Shown: piece by piece, positions 1 to 11,400 of the stretch
Layout: every line of letters begins with the position of its first letter
Position numbering within the stretch: the stretch's first letter is position 1
Source of the DNA: Paecilomyces variotii
Taxonomy: Eukaryota
DNA length: 21,650 bases
Assembly: GCA_004022145.1 (NCBI GenBank)
Contig: RCNU01000043.1
Reading direction: 5' to 3' (one strand)
Translations under genes and position numbers: made by a program
Notes under the pieces: generated by a model
The model's input: the letters and a program-made list of their open reading frames with translations, nothing else
What the model was told of the DNA's origin: nothing
Databases searched by the model: none

Positions 1-1900
1 AAAAATAATTAGTAATTTAGCTAAGCTAATTAAAGCCTAAATTTAATCTTATTATTATATATCTTCTAAATATTTTTATAATATATTTAATTCTTTAGTA
101 GAGTATAAGTATAAAGGCCTTTACTGCAGTATCTTACTATTAATTAGCTTAATTATATAAGTCTTAGTATTTTCTAATAGAGGTAATATTTTAGCTTCTT
201 CTTTTAAAAAAATATCCTAGAATTATATATAATATAAGGGAAGTTAAATCTCTTTGATATCTGTTTTAATATATTCCCTTTATATATAATAAATTAGTTA
301 ATCTTATACTATTTCTATAAATACTTGCGAAGTCTAAATCTATTATTTATAATAAGATTATTCTAGTATAACTATAGTAATCTTAAGATTATATTTTAAT
401 TTTTCTTAACTATATTAAGTTCTTATATAAAAATAATCTAGAAGTTAATCTTATATTATTTTATCTTTTTCTTTAAGTCCTTTATTTTAATAATAATTAG
501 AAAGTTGCTATAAATTAATATTATTTAGTCTTTTCTTTATAAAGTATACTTAATTAACTATTAGGAAAATCCTTAGTATTTATAATATATTAAGAAATTA
601 TAGTTAATAAAGTTACTATATATTTAAGAATTAAGAAATATATTTATTTTTATAATATAACCCTTAATTAATATATTTATTAAAATTATAAACTTTAGCT
701 TTACGCTATTAAAGTACTAGAATACTTTAAGCTTAACTCTTTTCTCTTTAAGGGGTTTAGAGTTTTTTTTATTTATTTTAAGATATTATTTACTAATATA
801 TCTATACTTTTTATAATTAAAATATTACTTTTCTTTTTTTAATTATTTTTACTTCTTTGCGGATTTAAATCTCCTTATTTTATATTCTTAAAATATTTTT
901 ATAAAGTAAAAAGTCTTTATAGTATTTAACTAAGATAATTCGCTTTTTTACTTATCTCTTATATAAGAGTAAAATTTTTTCTTCTTTTTAAAGTCCTTTA
1001 ATTAAAATTTAATAAAACTTTTAAAACTCTATTTAATAATTATAGTCTTTAAAGCTAGTTATTATAAATTAGTTAGAATCTCTATATATTTAAATAGCTA
1101 ATTTTATATATCTTCCTATAATATAGAAAAGAAGGTTTAACTCTAGATATTATTCTCCGGGGCTAATTTAGCTTTATAAAGCTTAAATTTATTAAGAAAG
1201 TCTTAAGCAGTTTATTCTAGTTATTATTTTAACCTTTAGAATTATATAGCTATTATCTAAGGTTAATATTATAAATCTTTAAAATAATCTAATAGTTACT
1301 ATTATAATTTCTGCTATAAAATTATAGTTAAAATAAGAGGTTTATAACTTTAAGCTATTATATATTTATATAGGTAAAATATTACTTTATATAGCGGCAC
1401 TAATAATAATAAGCATTTAAATTTTTAGCTTAATATTAATAAGGTTTAAGTAATTTAGCAATAGATCTAGATTTAAGAATTATATTTATTTATTTTATTA
1501 GTTTTATAATTATAGCTATATTTATCTTTTTTAATAGTCCTTAAGCTATATCTTATAAAGCTCTTATTACTGCGCTATTAACTTAATATTAAGAATTTAA
1601 TGAGGTAATAAATCTAGCACTAATAATATTTAATTCTTATTATATTCTAGAGTCTATTATATTTCTTAAATTTATTAAATTTTCTAAACCTATAGCAGTT
1701 GCTAATTTAAGCTAGTTAAGACTAATATTACTAGTTAATCTTAATTGCTTAAGATAAGTAATATTTACTAGTCTAGGTTAAGTGCCTAGCTTTAAACTAT
1801 ATTTAAATTTAGATTTAAATTATATAAGTCTTAGGTTATATATAAATTCTTTATATTAATTTCTAGTACTACTTTTTAATATCTTTTCTCTTCTTAATAT
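1..1900 (-). pseudogene. RIP-inactivated gag-pol of copy D (start approximate)
   Basis: De-RIP readings: C-F-N-C-G-K-Y-G-H-I-G-K-Q-C at 824-783; (V)NAFLDS with Asp codon at 632-630; ILGLPWL from 389; HAIELIDGKVPQWGPLYPCSAKELDVLRKYLEDM..GWIRAS.S.AGSPIIF within 180-1. One frame break lies between ~350 and 240. Confidence 0.8.
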
Positions 1901-2028
1901 ACTACTAGTTAAGTAATTTAAACTATAAAAAGCTAAGGTAAGAAAGCTCTTTAATTAGAGGTAATTAGCAGACTAGTTAAACAGAATATAAAATAAGAGA
2001 TTAAGATATAGGCAAGTAGCAATCTATA

Positions 2029-2284
2029 TATAATAAGGTTAAAGGTCTAGTTTAATTATAATTAGAATAAATTACTAATTTATCTAACTTCTATTTCTTT
2101 AAGGGGTTATTTATTAGTTTATTTAGTCTACTAGGTTATTTAAATAACTTAGTCTTAATAGCTCTATTCTATAACTAGCTAATTTAACTATTATATATAA
2201 ATCTAGTTATCTTATTATTTTATATTCTTTATTCTAAGTCTTAGTAGGTCTATAATATTAGTATTATAGCCTTAGTTCGTAATA
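2029..2284 (-). repeat. 5' LTR of copy D (~256 bp; left boundary inferred)
   Basis: Right end ttcgtaata corresponds to RIP-ed TGTTACGAA on the minus strand. Left end tataataagg fits TG..CA. The left edge is supported by an adjacent 11-bp PBS-like segment (2017-2027) complementary to 2067-2077. The partner LTR is outside the window. Confidence 0.6.
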
Positions 2285-3870
2285 ATATATTAACTAGATA
2301 TTTATAGATAAATTCTTAATATCTCTAGAAGTATATATATTTAAATAAAAGTATTAAGGTTAAGCTTTAAATTTAATTAAAGCTTCTTTAAATATTAAGA
2401 ATAAAGTTACTTATTTAATTTAAAAATAAAAACTTCTATAATATTTATTTAGTTTAAATATTACTAGTTAGAATTTATTCTTATTATATATTTTATATAT
2501 ACTAATATTATATAAAGGTTATATAAGAATATAAATTTAACTAATATAAAAAAAAATAATAAATAATAAATTTATACAGTTAATATTGATAAAATTAAAG
2601 AATATATTATTATTTATTATATAAATACTTAAGTAAAAATATTTATAAAAGCTAAATATCTTAAAATAGATTTAGCTTATAAGATAATACTTAAAAATTT
2701 AAATATCTTTTTAATCTTAAGCTAAAATTCTGAAGCTAAATATATGTTTAATTTATTCTTATTATATATTTAGCATATATTAACTTTATTTTAGAGATTA
2801 ATATTTATTATTATATTTTTATCTTTTTATAAACTTATTATATATATTTTTAAATATTTAAATTATTATTTTAAATATTATTATAAGCTGCATATTAATA
2901 TATTTAATAAGTATATATTTTAAATAAAGAAAGAATATAGACTATTATTATAAATATATATAAGAAATAAATACTAGATTAATATTATCTTAATAAATAT
3001 AAAATATATATTAAGTATATTTAGGCTTTAGTAACTATTTATATTTTATTTATCTTTCTCTTAACTAGTAAAAATATCTTAAGCATATATTTATCTTCTG
3101 CTAAATATATATTAAATATAATTTTTATAAAAAATTTAAAAGATCTTATTTCTTTATTTATTAATTAAAATATTTATAAAATTTAAATTTATATTAAGAA
3201 ATCCTTTAAACTATATATTAATAAGGTAAAAAATATTTAAATATTAAAAGATAGCTTTAAAATAAAACTAAACTATAAATTCTTACTGTATTATTATAAG
3301 AAATATTAAAAATCTTTTTTAAATAATAGAGTTATACTTAAAAGCATATAGAATTATTTAAAAATAATTACTTTTAAGATAATTATAATATAGAGAGAAA
3401 CTTATCTTTACTAAGGGCTATTAAATAATAAATTTATATTTAATATATATTTAATTTATATATAGCCTAAATTAAATATTAATAAGGCTAATTTATATTT
3501 AGTCTATAATAATATATAAAAGATATTATTAAATAATAAGAGCTTTTTAACTATAATATTAATAATATATAGTTATAATATTAAGATATTACATAATTTA
3601 AGCGACTAAGTAGGTAGCTTTCTTAATCGAGGGAATTAATTAGCTTAGCTAATTAACCCGCTTATTCGCATAATAGGGCCTAGCCTTATTATAGAACTAA
3701 TCTTATAATCCTATAGAATATATAAATAGAAGATATACTTACTTAAATAGAAGAGGCATATAATCCTTTATAGATAAATTTATATAGTAAAACTATAATA
3801 ATATTATATAAATCTCTTAATAGATATAGAGAAATAATAAGGTAAAAGCTTAATATATTTTTAAGTATAT
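2285..3870 (+). pseudogene. RIP-inactivated Mutator/MULE-like DDE transposase with spliceosomal introns; 5' part cut off by copy D, 3' end approximate
   Basis: De-RIP readings: EVDLAYK (D at 2669), TVTVDMCKKQAPG (D at 2953), IFCQTHV (CxxH 3099-3110), KHTGLSESSHFQDN (E at 3360, same frame as CxxH). Frame-restoring intron-like gaps at 2742-2794 and 2978-3024. Confidence 0.7.
3590..3822. mobile_element. Probable solo LTR (unrelated to the LTRs of A-D) inserted in the transposase relic
   Basis: GC-richer 233-bp patch with ta...ta ends (RIP-ed TG...CA), flanked by direct repeat GATAT at 3585-3589 and 3823-3827. It contains internal palindromes. Confidence 0.5.
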
Positions 3871-4086
3871 ACTAAATATATCTTTTAAACTAATAGAATT
3901 AAAGAGCTACTAACTATTAAATAAATTAACTTTATTTATTATTTAATCTTAATAATTCTTATAATATACTTTTAAATAATAGTAATAATTAATCTTCTAA
4001 TAAAAATGCTAAGTTTAAAGTTATTTTAATATTTTTATCTAGATTTACTATTAAATATATATTAATTAAAGATAAAAGATTTATTT

Positions 4087-4752
4087 AGTATATACTAAGT
4101 AAAGGTTAAAAAAGAAATTAACCTAGAGATTTTAGCTATTATTAAAGCTAGGTTAAATTTAAAATTAAGTAAATTAAATTAAGCTCTAAAAAATTAAACT
4201 TAGATTACTATTCTTAATATAAATTAAATATAAAGTATATGCTAAATAAAGATTAAGAAAGAGGTTAACTTAAAAGTTTTAGCTATTATTAAAGCTAAGT
4301 TAAATTTAAAACTAAGTAAATTAAGCTAAGCTTTAAAAAATTAAACTTAAATTGCTATTTTTAATATAGATTAAATATAAAGTATATATTAAATAAAGAT
4401 TAAAAAAAAGGTTAATTTAAAGGTTTTAGCTATTATTAAAGCTAAGTTAAATTTAAAATTAAGTAAACTAAGCTAAGCTTTAAAAAATTAAACTCGGATT
4501 ACTATTTTTAACATAGATTAAATATAGAGTATATATTAAATAAAGATTAAGAAAAAGGTTAATCTAGAAGTTTTAGTTATTATTAAAGCTAGGTTAAATC
4601 TAGGATTAAGTAAACTAAGCTAAGCTTTAAAGAATTAAACTTAGATTGTTATTCTTAATATAAATTAAATATAGAATATATACTAAATAAAGGTTAAGAA
4701 AGGAGTTAATTTAAAGGCTTTAATTATATTTAAAGCTAGGTTTAATTTAATA
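4087..4752 (+). repeat. Tandem repeat, 147-bp unit, ~4.5 copies
   Basis: Anchor gctattattaaagct recurs at 4135, 4282, 4429, 4576 (gttatt variant) and, degenerate, 4723: exact 147-bp spacing. Copies differ mostly by transitions. Confidence 0.93.
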
Positions 4753-6467
4753 CTATCTTAATACTTAAAAGGGCTTAAATCTCTTTATTAAATTTAAATA
4801 GCTCTGCTAATTCTAATATAAAGTATATATTAACTCTATATTTAACTTATATTATCTAAGAGTTAAGTATAAATTCTAGATAAAATAGAGCTTATATATA
4901 CTATAATAGAGGTCTCTTATTAGAAGAAATAGCAGAGACTAATTTTATTATTTAATTAAAATAAATATTAGAGTAAAAGCAATATAAGTTTAAATAAAAA
5001 AAAGAAAGATTATTATAGCAATTTATAAAATAAATAAATATATATATAGCTATAGTTATATAGTTATAATATATATTTCCTTCTTTCTATAATAAGAATA
5101 AATAAAAAATAAAAGATATTATATTAGAATTATTTAAAGATATAAGAAAATATTCTTTAAATATAAAAGCTTAGTATTAAATAAATATTTAAAATTAAAT
5201 AAAATTTAATTTAAGCATATGCTTAAGAGTTAGCAGGTCTTAAATATTTATATATTTAAAATCTCTAAAAACTTATCCTCTAAAAAGGAGATAATAACTT
5301 ATAAGTATAAACTTAATATATACTTTATATATAAAAGGAAAGAATTTATTAGTTAATTTAATACTGCAGCTATTAGTATTATAAATATAATTATTATTAT
5401 AAAAATAACTATAAAAATAATTATATTTTATCTTTATTAATATATTCTTATTAGTAATATATTTATTAATATATTTTACGCGAGAACTTAATCTTCCTTA
5501 TTTAAAGAAAGTAAATATAGGATTTAAATTAAAACCTTATTTAATATATACTTAATATTAATTAAAAGATTACTTACTATTACTTCTATTATTATTATTA
5601 GCTAAAGATAGTAAATTATTAGTTTATATAAAATTAATATATATATAATATAAATAAAGTAGAAATTATACTTATAGCGCGTTTATAAGATAAAATAAAT
5701 AAAAAAGCAAGTTACTAAAAGTAAAGACTAAGATTAATAATCTAAGATTAATATTATTAAAGTATTCTCTTAATAAATAAAAGAGAACGTTCTATTAGCG
5801 CGGGTAATAGGTTAAATTTTAATTATATAATATATATAATCGTATAGTTAAAGAGCCCTAATATTTAGTTAAGAATAGGCGCTAGATTAATTAAACTATT
5901 ATTAAATTAATAGCTAAAAGCCTCTCTAAAACTTTTACACTAATTTTCTCTCTTATTTTACGGGGTATTATACTATATTCTCGGTACCTATATTAGGGCT
6001 TATACCGCTAAAACCTTTGCTAAGCGTCCCTAAACGTACCCACGAAAAGTGCCCCTAGATTAGTTAAACTAGCACCGAATAGACTAAGGCTTATAGGCTA
6101 TATATACTTAAAGGTCTTTAAATAATATACTTAACCTTCTAGGTATACCTTAGAGAATTTAGGGGAAGAATATCAGGCTTACTTATTAAAGAGTTTTATA
6201 AAACTTTAAGCAATAATGCTTAATATTAATGCTAAAGGGAATTATAATTAGGCTTAAAGTCTAGGTAACTTTAAGAATAAGTTATAGAGGCTCCTGGGCT
6301 ATAAGTTTAAGATTAATTAAAGATTACGCTTAAACGAATAGTTAAAATAAGGGCTAGTATACCTAAAGTTTAAGTAAAGGCCTAGGCAGTCTATATCTTA
6401 GTTATATAATTACTAAGCCATATTAAATTTTAGCCCGACTTCCTAAATAAGAATATCTCTTGCTATT

Positions 6468-6718
6468 TACTAAGAGAATAAGCTTAGAAGATAAACTAAG
6501 ATAAATAGAATAAGGTAATTAATACTAAGACTAGCTATAGAATCTCTATTTAGCTAATTTAAACTAAATAAGTTATTATAAGTAGGCTTAATAAATAAGA
6601 TATAGTTCTAAGAGCTTAAATCTAGATTAAGCTATATACTAAAGATATTCTTTATAAGATTATATAATTCCTTATATAATTTAGAAGAGTTAAGTCTTAC
6701 TTTTTTAACTTATATAAG
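6468..6718 (-). repeat. 3' LTR of copy B, distal (R/U5-side) part
   Basis: Aligns directly with 18207-18456 and as reverse complement with the LTRs of A. Breaks at the ATAAG duplication. Confidence 0.88.
6714..6718. repeat. Target-site duplication ATAAG of copy A (partner at 12762-12766)
   Basis: Identical 5-mer immediately outside both LTRs. The uninterrupted homologous LTR has it once (ttatataagtattagc, ~18448-18463). Confidence 0.92.
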
Positions 6719-7018
6719 TATTATAGTGCTAGCATAGGGGATAGAATAACTAACCCGCTAGCTAATGCTTACCTAATTTAGAAGAGTAAGGATTATACTC
6801 TTCTAGATTATATAAGGAGTTATATAACCTTATAAAGATATCTTTAGCGTATAGCTTAATCTGAATTTAAGCTCCTAGAGCTATATCTTATTTATTAAGC
6901 CTGCCTATAATAGCCTATTCTAGTCTAAATTAGCTAGATAAAGATCCTATAGCTAGTCCTAGTATTAACTATTTTATTTTATTTATTCTGACCTACTCCC
7001 CGAGCCTATATTTTAATA
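6719..7018 (+). repeat. 5' LTR of copy A
   Basis: tattatagtgctagc...tattttaata; ungapped alignment to 12462-12761. Confidence 0.95.
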
Positions 7019-7020
7019 TT

Positions 7021-7030
7021 ATATAGCTTT
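7021..7030 (+). promoter_or_regulatory. Putative self-priming primer binding site of copy A
   Basis: atatagcttt, 2 nt after the LTR, is complementary (9/10, one RIP-type mismatch) to agagctatat at 6877-6886 within the LTR. Confidence 0.55.
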
Positions 7031-7043
7031 TATTTAGGAGTTA

Positions 7044-8450
7044 ATATTATTAATAATACTTACCCTAATTCCCCTATTTCTGCTAATTATTTTAGGGGAA
7101 TTTATTAAGCATATTATTACTAGTTATAGGCCAAAATAATATAATTATTATTGCTTAGTATATAAATATATTACTAGGGCTAAGTTATCTATAAATAAAG
7201 CTAGCTAATATATTAAATAAATTAAGGCAAGATTCTAAGAATTTTAGTAAGAATTCGCAGCTATATAATAAAGGCTTAAATAAGAAAATATTAATCTTAA
7301 GGCTGTCTAATAATACTAAAAGATATAACTTAATAAAAAAGAATAATAATATATTTAGGCTATTCTTAAGAGGGATTAAGCTTACTATATAACTACCCCT
7401 ATTATAAATATACTTATATTTATATCTAAACTTAAATTTAGTATTAAAAGACCTATAGCTGCTTTAATAAAAATATCTAAAATATTTATTATTATATTTT
7501 TTTTTACTCTTAGACTTTTAGAAAGACTCCTTAATTTAAATAAATTTAAAGGCAATTAAAAGGACCTTTAGCGCTTTATAGCCTAGATTTAAGGAAAGAT
7601 AATAATTAATTAAGACTAATTCTTAACTTCTTAAAGCTATATAGCTTATATAATTAACTACTTAAAGAATACGCCCTATGCTTAAATATTATTATATATT
7701 AGAGATAAGACTTATATTCTTAGCAATTATTAAAAGATTCTAGATATCTTAAAATATATATTTAATAATCCTAATTATATAAATAATATATATAATAAAT
7801 TATTTAACCTTTATTAAATTAATAAAGAATTTAAAATCTTTTTTATTAAGTTTTAGCACCTAGCATTAAAAAGAGAAATACTTAAAGAAATATTATTTAC
7901 TCTATTTAAATAAGCTATTAATTAAGAACTCTAAAAAATATTATTATATAATTAGCCCTTAAATTATAAATATTATTAGTTTATTAAATTCTTATAAGAC
8001 TTTAAGAACTATTACTGCCAGTATATTATAAATTAGCCCCTTATTATAAAGATTTATACTATTATTTTAAAACCTATTTAGTATATTTAATCTCTCTTAT
8101 CTGCTTTAAGTCCTGCCTTAGCTATAAGATATAATAATTAGCCTTAGAAAAGCCCTATATAAAAGAGTAAATTAGCCCTAATATAGCTATATAATTTAAT
8201 AAACTTAAATACTTTTAAATATTTAGGCAAGAGAGAATATAGCCTATTATATTATAAAACTAGCGCCTACTTTTATTATAGCTCCTTAAAATATTATATT
8301 AAAAACTGCCTATACCTAGATAACTGCTAGAAAATCTAGATTATAGCTATATATAAACCTTATTTTTAAACTCCCTAAATAATCTAGTTCTTAGACTTAT
8401 ATAGTTTATTCTCTAACTAATCTTTAATAAAAAAAGTAAGCCTAGAGTAA
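7044..8450 (+). pseudogene. gag: gag of copy A (start approximate)
   Basis: De-RIP [26 protein letters not shown] from 7512. Zinc knuckle C-x2-C-x4-H-x4-C at 8268-8309. In-frame TAA at 8448-8450. Confidence 0.88.
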
Positions 8451-11400
8451 ATTATAGCTAAGCTTAAGAATTATATATTATTTAAATCTCTACTACTGCT
8501 ATTTATAAAATTAACCTTAAAGAATATCTATAATAATTAAAATTAATAATACTGCCTATAATATTAAAAAAAAAAGAAAAAAATCTACCTATTAATTTAT
8601 ACCCTGCTTAATATTAGAGCTAAAAAATAAAAATTTATAAACTAAGAATAGGCTAAAGATTAGGAGTTAGAGCCTATTCCCTTAAAAAGCCTAATTACTC
8701 TGCATATATTTAATAGAAGAGAACTAGAAGATAAGAAGATTATATACTATATCTAGATAGATATAAGAATTAAGGACTATTTTAAGAAAGATGCTAAGTT
8801 CTATATTATTTAACTAGTATATTATCCTATTATTTTAGGACTCCCCTAATTAAAATATTATAATTTATATCTATAATTTACCGCCTATAATATTGTTTTT
8901 AATAATAATTATTATTAAAAAAATTATAATACGCCTCTAAAGCTAATTAAAATACCTGCCCTATATAATATTCTCCTAAAGGCTTTACCTTAATATCTGC
9001 CCCTAAGACCTAGAAAACTAGAAGAGAGAAATATAGCCTTTATTTCCTTAGCTGCCTATTCTGCCTATATTTAAAGAAATATTTAAATATTTATAATTAC
9101 TCTAGAGGACCTAAATGCTGCTTTAAGGATTAAATAAGTTTAGAAAGAAAATTCTACCCGCCTATTATTTAAGGAGTTTAAGGATTATATTAATATCTTT
9201 TCTTTTAAGGAGGCCGAGCGCCTATTATTATATTATTTTTATAATTATAATATTAAGCTATTAAAGGGGAAGTTGCTTCTCTTTAAACCTCTATATACTA
9301 TATTCTAGAATAAATTAAAGGTCCTAAAGAAATAGATTAAAAAAAACCTAAAAAAAAGATTTATCTGCCTAAGCTTATTACTTATTATATCCCTAATTCT
9401 ATTTATTAAGAAGCCTAGTAGAGGGATATAGATTTATATAGATTACTAAGCCCTAAATATAATAACTATTAAAGACTAATATCTCTTACCCTTAATTAAG
9501 GAAATCCTAAATAATTTAAAAGGAATAAAATACTTTATAAAGATTAATATTATTTTTATATTTAATAACCTTTATATTAAGAAAGAATAAGAATATCTAA
9601 TTGCCTTTTATACTTAACTTAGCTTATTTAAATTATTAGTAATATTATTTAGCTTAATAGAAGTACTAGTAATATTTTAATAGTTTATTAATAATACTCT
9701 ATAAGATTATCTTAATATCTTTTATATTATATACCTTAATAATATCCTAGTATATAATATAATCTATTCTAAATATATTTAATATATTTATATTATCCTG
9801 CAGAAGCTATATAAGGCAGGCCTATATATAAAAATCTAGAAGTATAAGTTTATTATCTCTAAGATTAAATTCTTAGGCATTATTATTAGCTAAGACTATA
9901 TTAAGATAGATTTAAATAAGGTAAAAATAATTATTAAATAAAAGACCCTAACCTATATAATTAATATATAAGCCTTTATTAGGTTTAATAACTTTTATTA
10001 TTAGTTTATTTATAATTTTTTTAAGATAATTATACTATTTATAAACTTAATCTAGAAAGGAGTTTTCTTTAATTAGATACTTATCTATTAGTCTGGTTTT
10101 AAAGCTTTAAAAGAAATATTTATTTAAGCCCTAATCTTAAAGCTATTTAACTAGACCTATAAGGTTATAATTAAAACTAATTTATCTAATTATATATTAG
10201 CTAAAGTTATATCTTAGTATAATAATAAAAGAATCTTATATTTTATTATATTTTTTTTAAAAAAGCTCTTTACTATAGAGTATAATTATAAGATTTATAA
10301 TAAAAAATTGCTAGTAATTATTTACTGCTTTAAAAAATAGTATTTTAAACTTAAAGATATACTATTACTAATTAAAGTTATTATAAATTATTATAATTTA
10401 AAATACTTTATATTAATTAAGCTATTAAACTAGTAATAGGCTTATTAATCTAAGTTTTTATCTTAGTTTAATTTCTAAATTATATACTATTCTAAAAAGT
10501 AAGGAATAAAGCCTAATACCTTAACTAAAAGGTTAGAAGATCTCCTTAAGGAGGGGGATAAATAGTTATAATATTAAAGCTAGATAGTCTTAAAAAAAGA
10601 AAATCTTAATTTATAGATTTAGAGATTTTTAAAATTAAAAGCTATTACTAGAAGTTAAATAATAAAATATATTTATTTTGCTAATTTAATAGCTTAAAAG
10701 GTTAGAAATCCTATTAAATCTATAGGAATATTTACTTAATCTGCTCTAAAAAATTAATTTATTTAGCTTAAAAAAGCTATTTAGTCTACTCTATTGCTTA
10801 ACTAGTTTATTAAGATTATTTAACCTATTAAGGAGATAATTTAGTCTATTAAAGAGACTATTTAGCCTATTAAAAAAATAGCCCCGCTTATTAAATAAAA
10901 CTAGTTAAGTTTCTTTATTATATTTAATAAATTAAAATACCTATTAAGTATTAAAGACTTATTAGATATAGCTTACTTATTTAATAACTTAATATAGTTT
11001 ATCCTATAAGCCTTAGATTATAAAGCTAATTATTACCTTAAGATTATATTAGCTAACTGCTAATAAAGAGGAAAATATCTATATTATAGAGACTATTTAT
11101 ATATTCTTAATTATAATAAGCTAAGAGCCCGCCTATTATAAGAATATTATAATAAGTATATATTTAAATACCTTAAAAAATATAAGCTTTATAACTTAAT
11201 CTTATAAGAGTATTATTAGTTAAATATATACTAATATATAGATTATTAGACCTAGAATTACTATACCTACTGCTATATTATACCCTTAAATAAAGGCTGT
11301 TAAAGAGTCTTATATTAGCTTTTTATCTCTAAATACTCTTAATAAGATATTTTAATAGATTTTATTATTAAACTTATACCTTATTAAGGTTATAATATTA

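Larger units (their letters stand above)
1..2284 (-). mobile_element. Ty3/Gypsy LTR retrotransposon copy D (family 2), 5' portion; continues beyond the left edge
   Basis: Minus-strand order is LTR, gag, CCHC knuckle (824-783), protease (~640-360), RT N-terminus (180-1). Its sequence differs from copies A/B/C. Confidence 0.85.

Noticed and set aside
4087..4752. CRISPR-like array
   Set aside because: Units repeat along their whole 147 bp with no unique spacers; no cas genes; eukaryotic RIP context.
5100..5640. Minus-strand accessory ORF
   Set aside because: One frame looks protein-like after de-RIP, but there is no recognisable motif, start or splice evidence; not called as a feature.
5960..6467. 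rRNA/tRNA fragment or a nameable protein
   Set aside because: No conserved rRNA or tRNA motif recognised; several frames are equally plausible after de-RIP.
6809..6836. TATA boxes in the LTR
   Set aside because: RIP creates TATA strings everywhere, so they are uninformative here.
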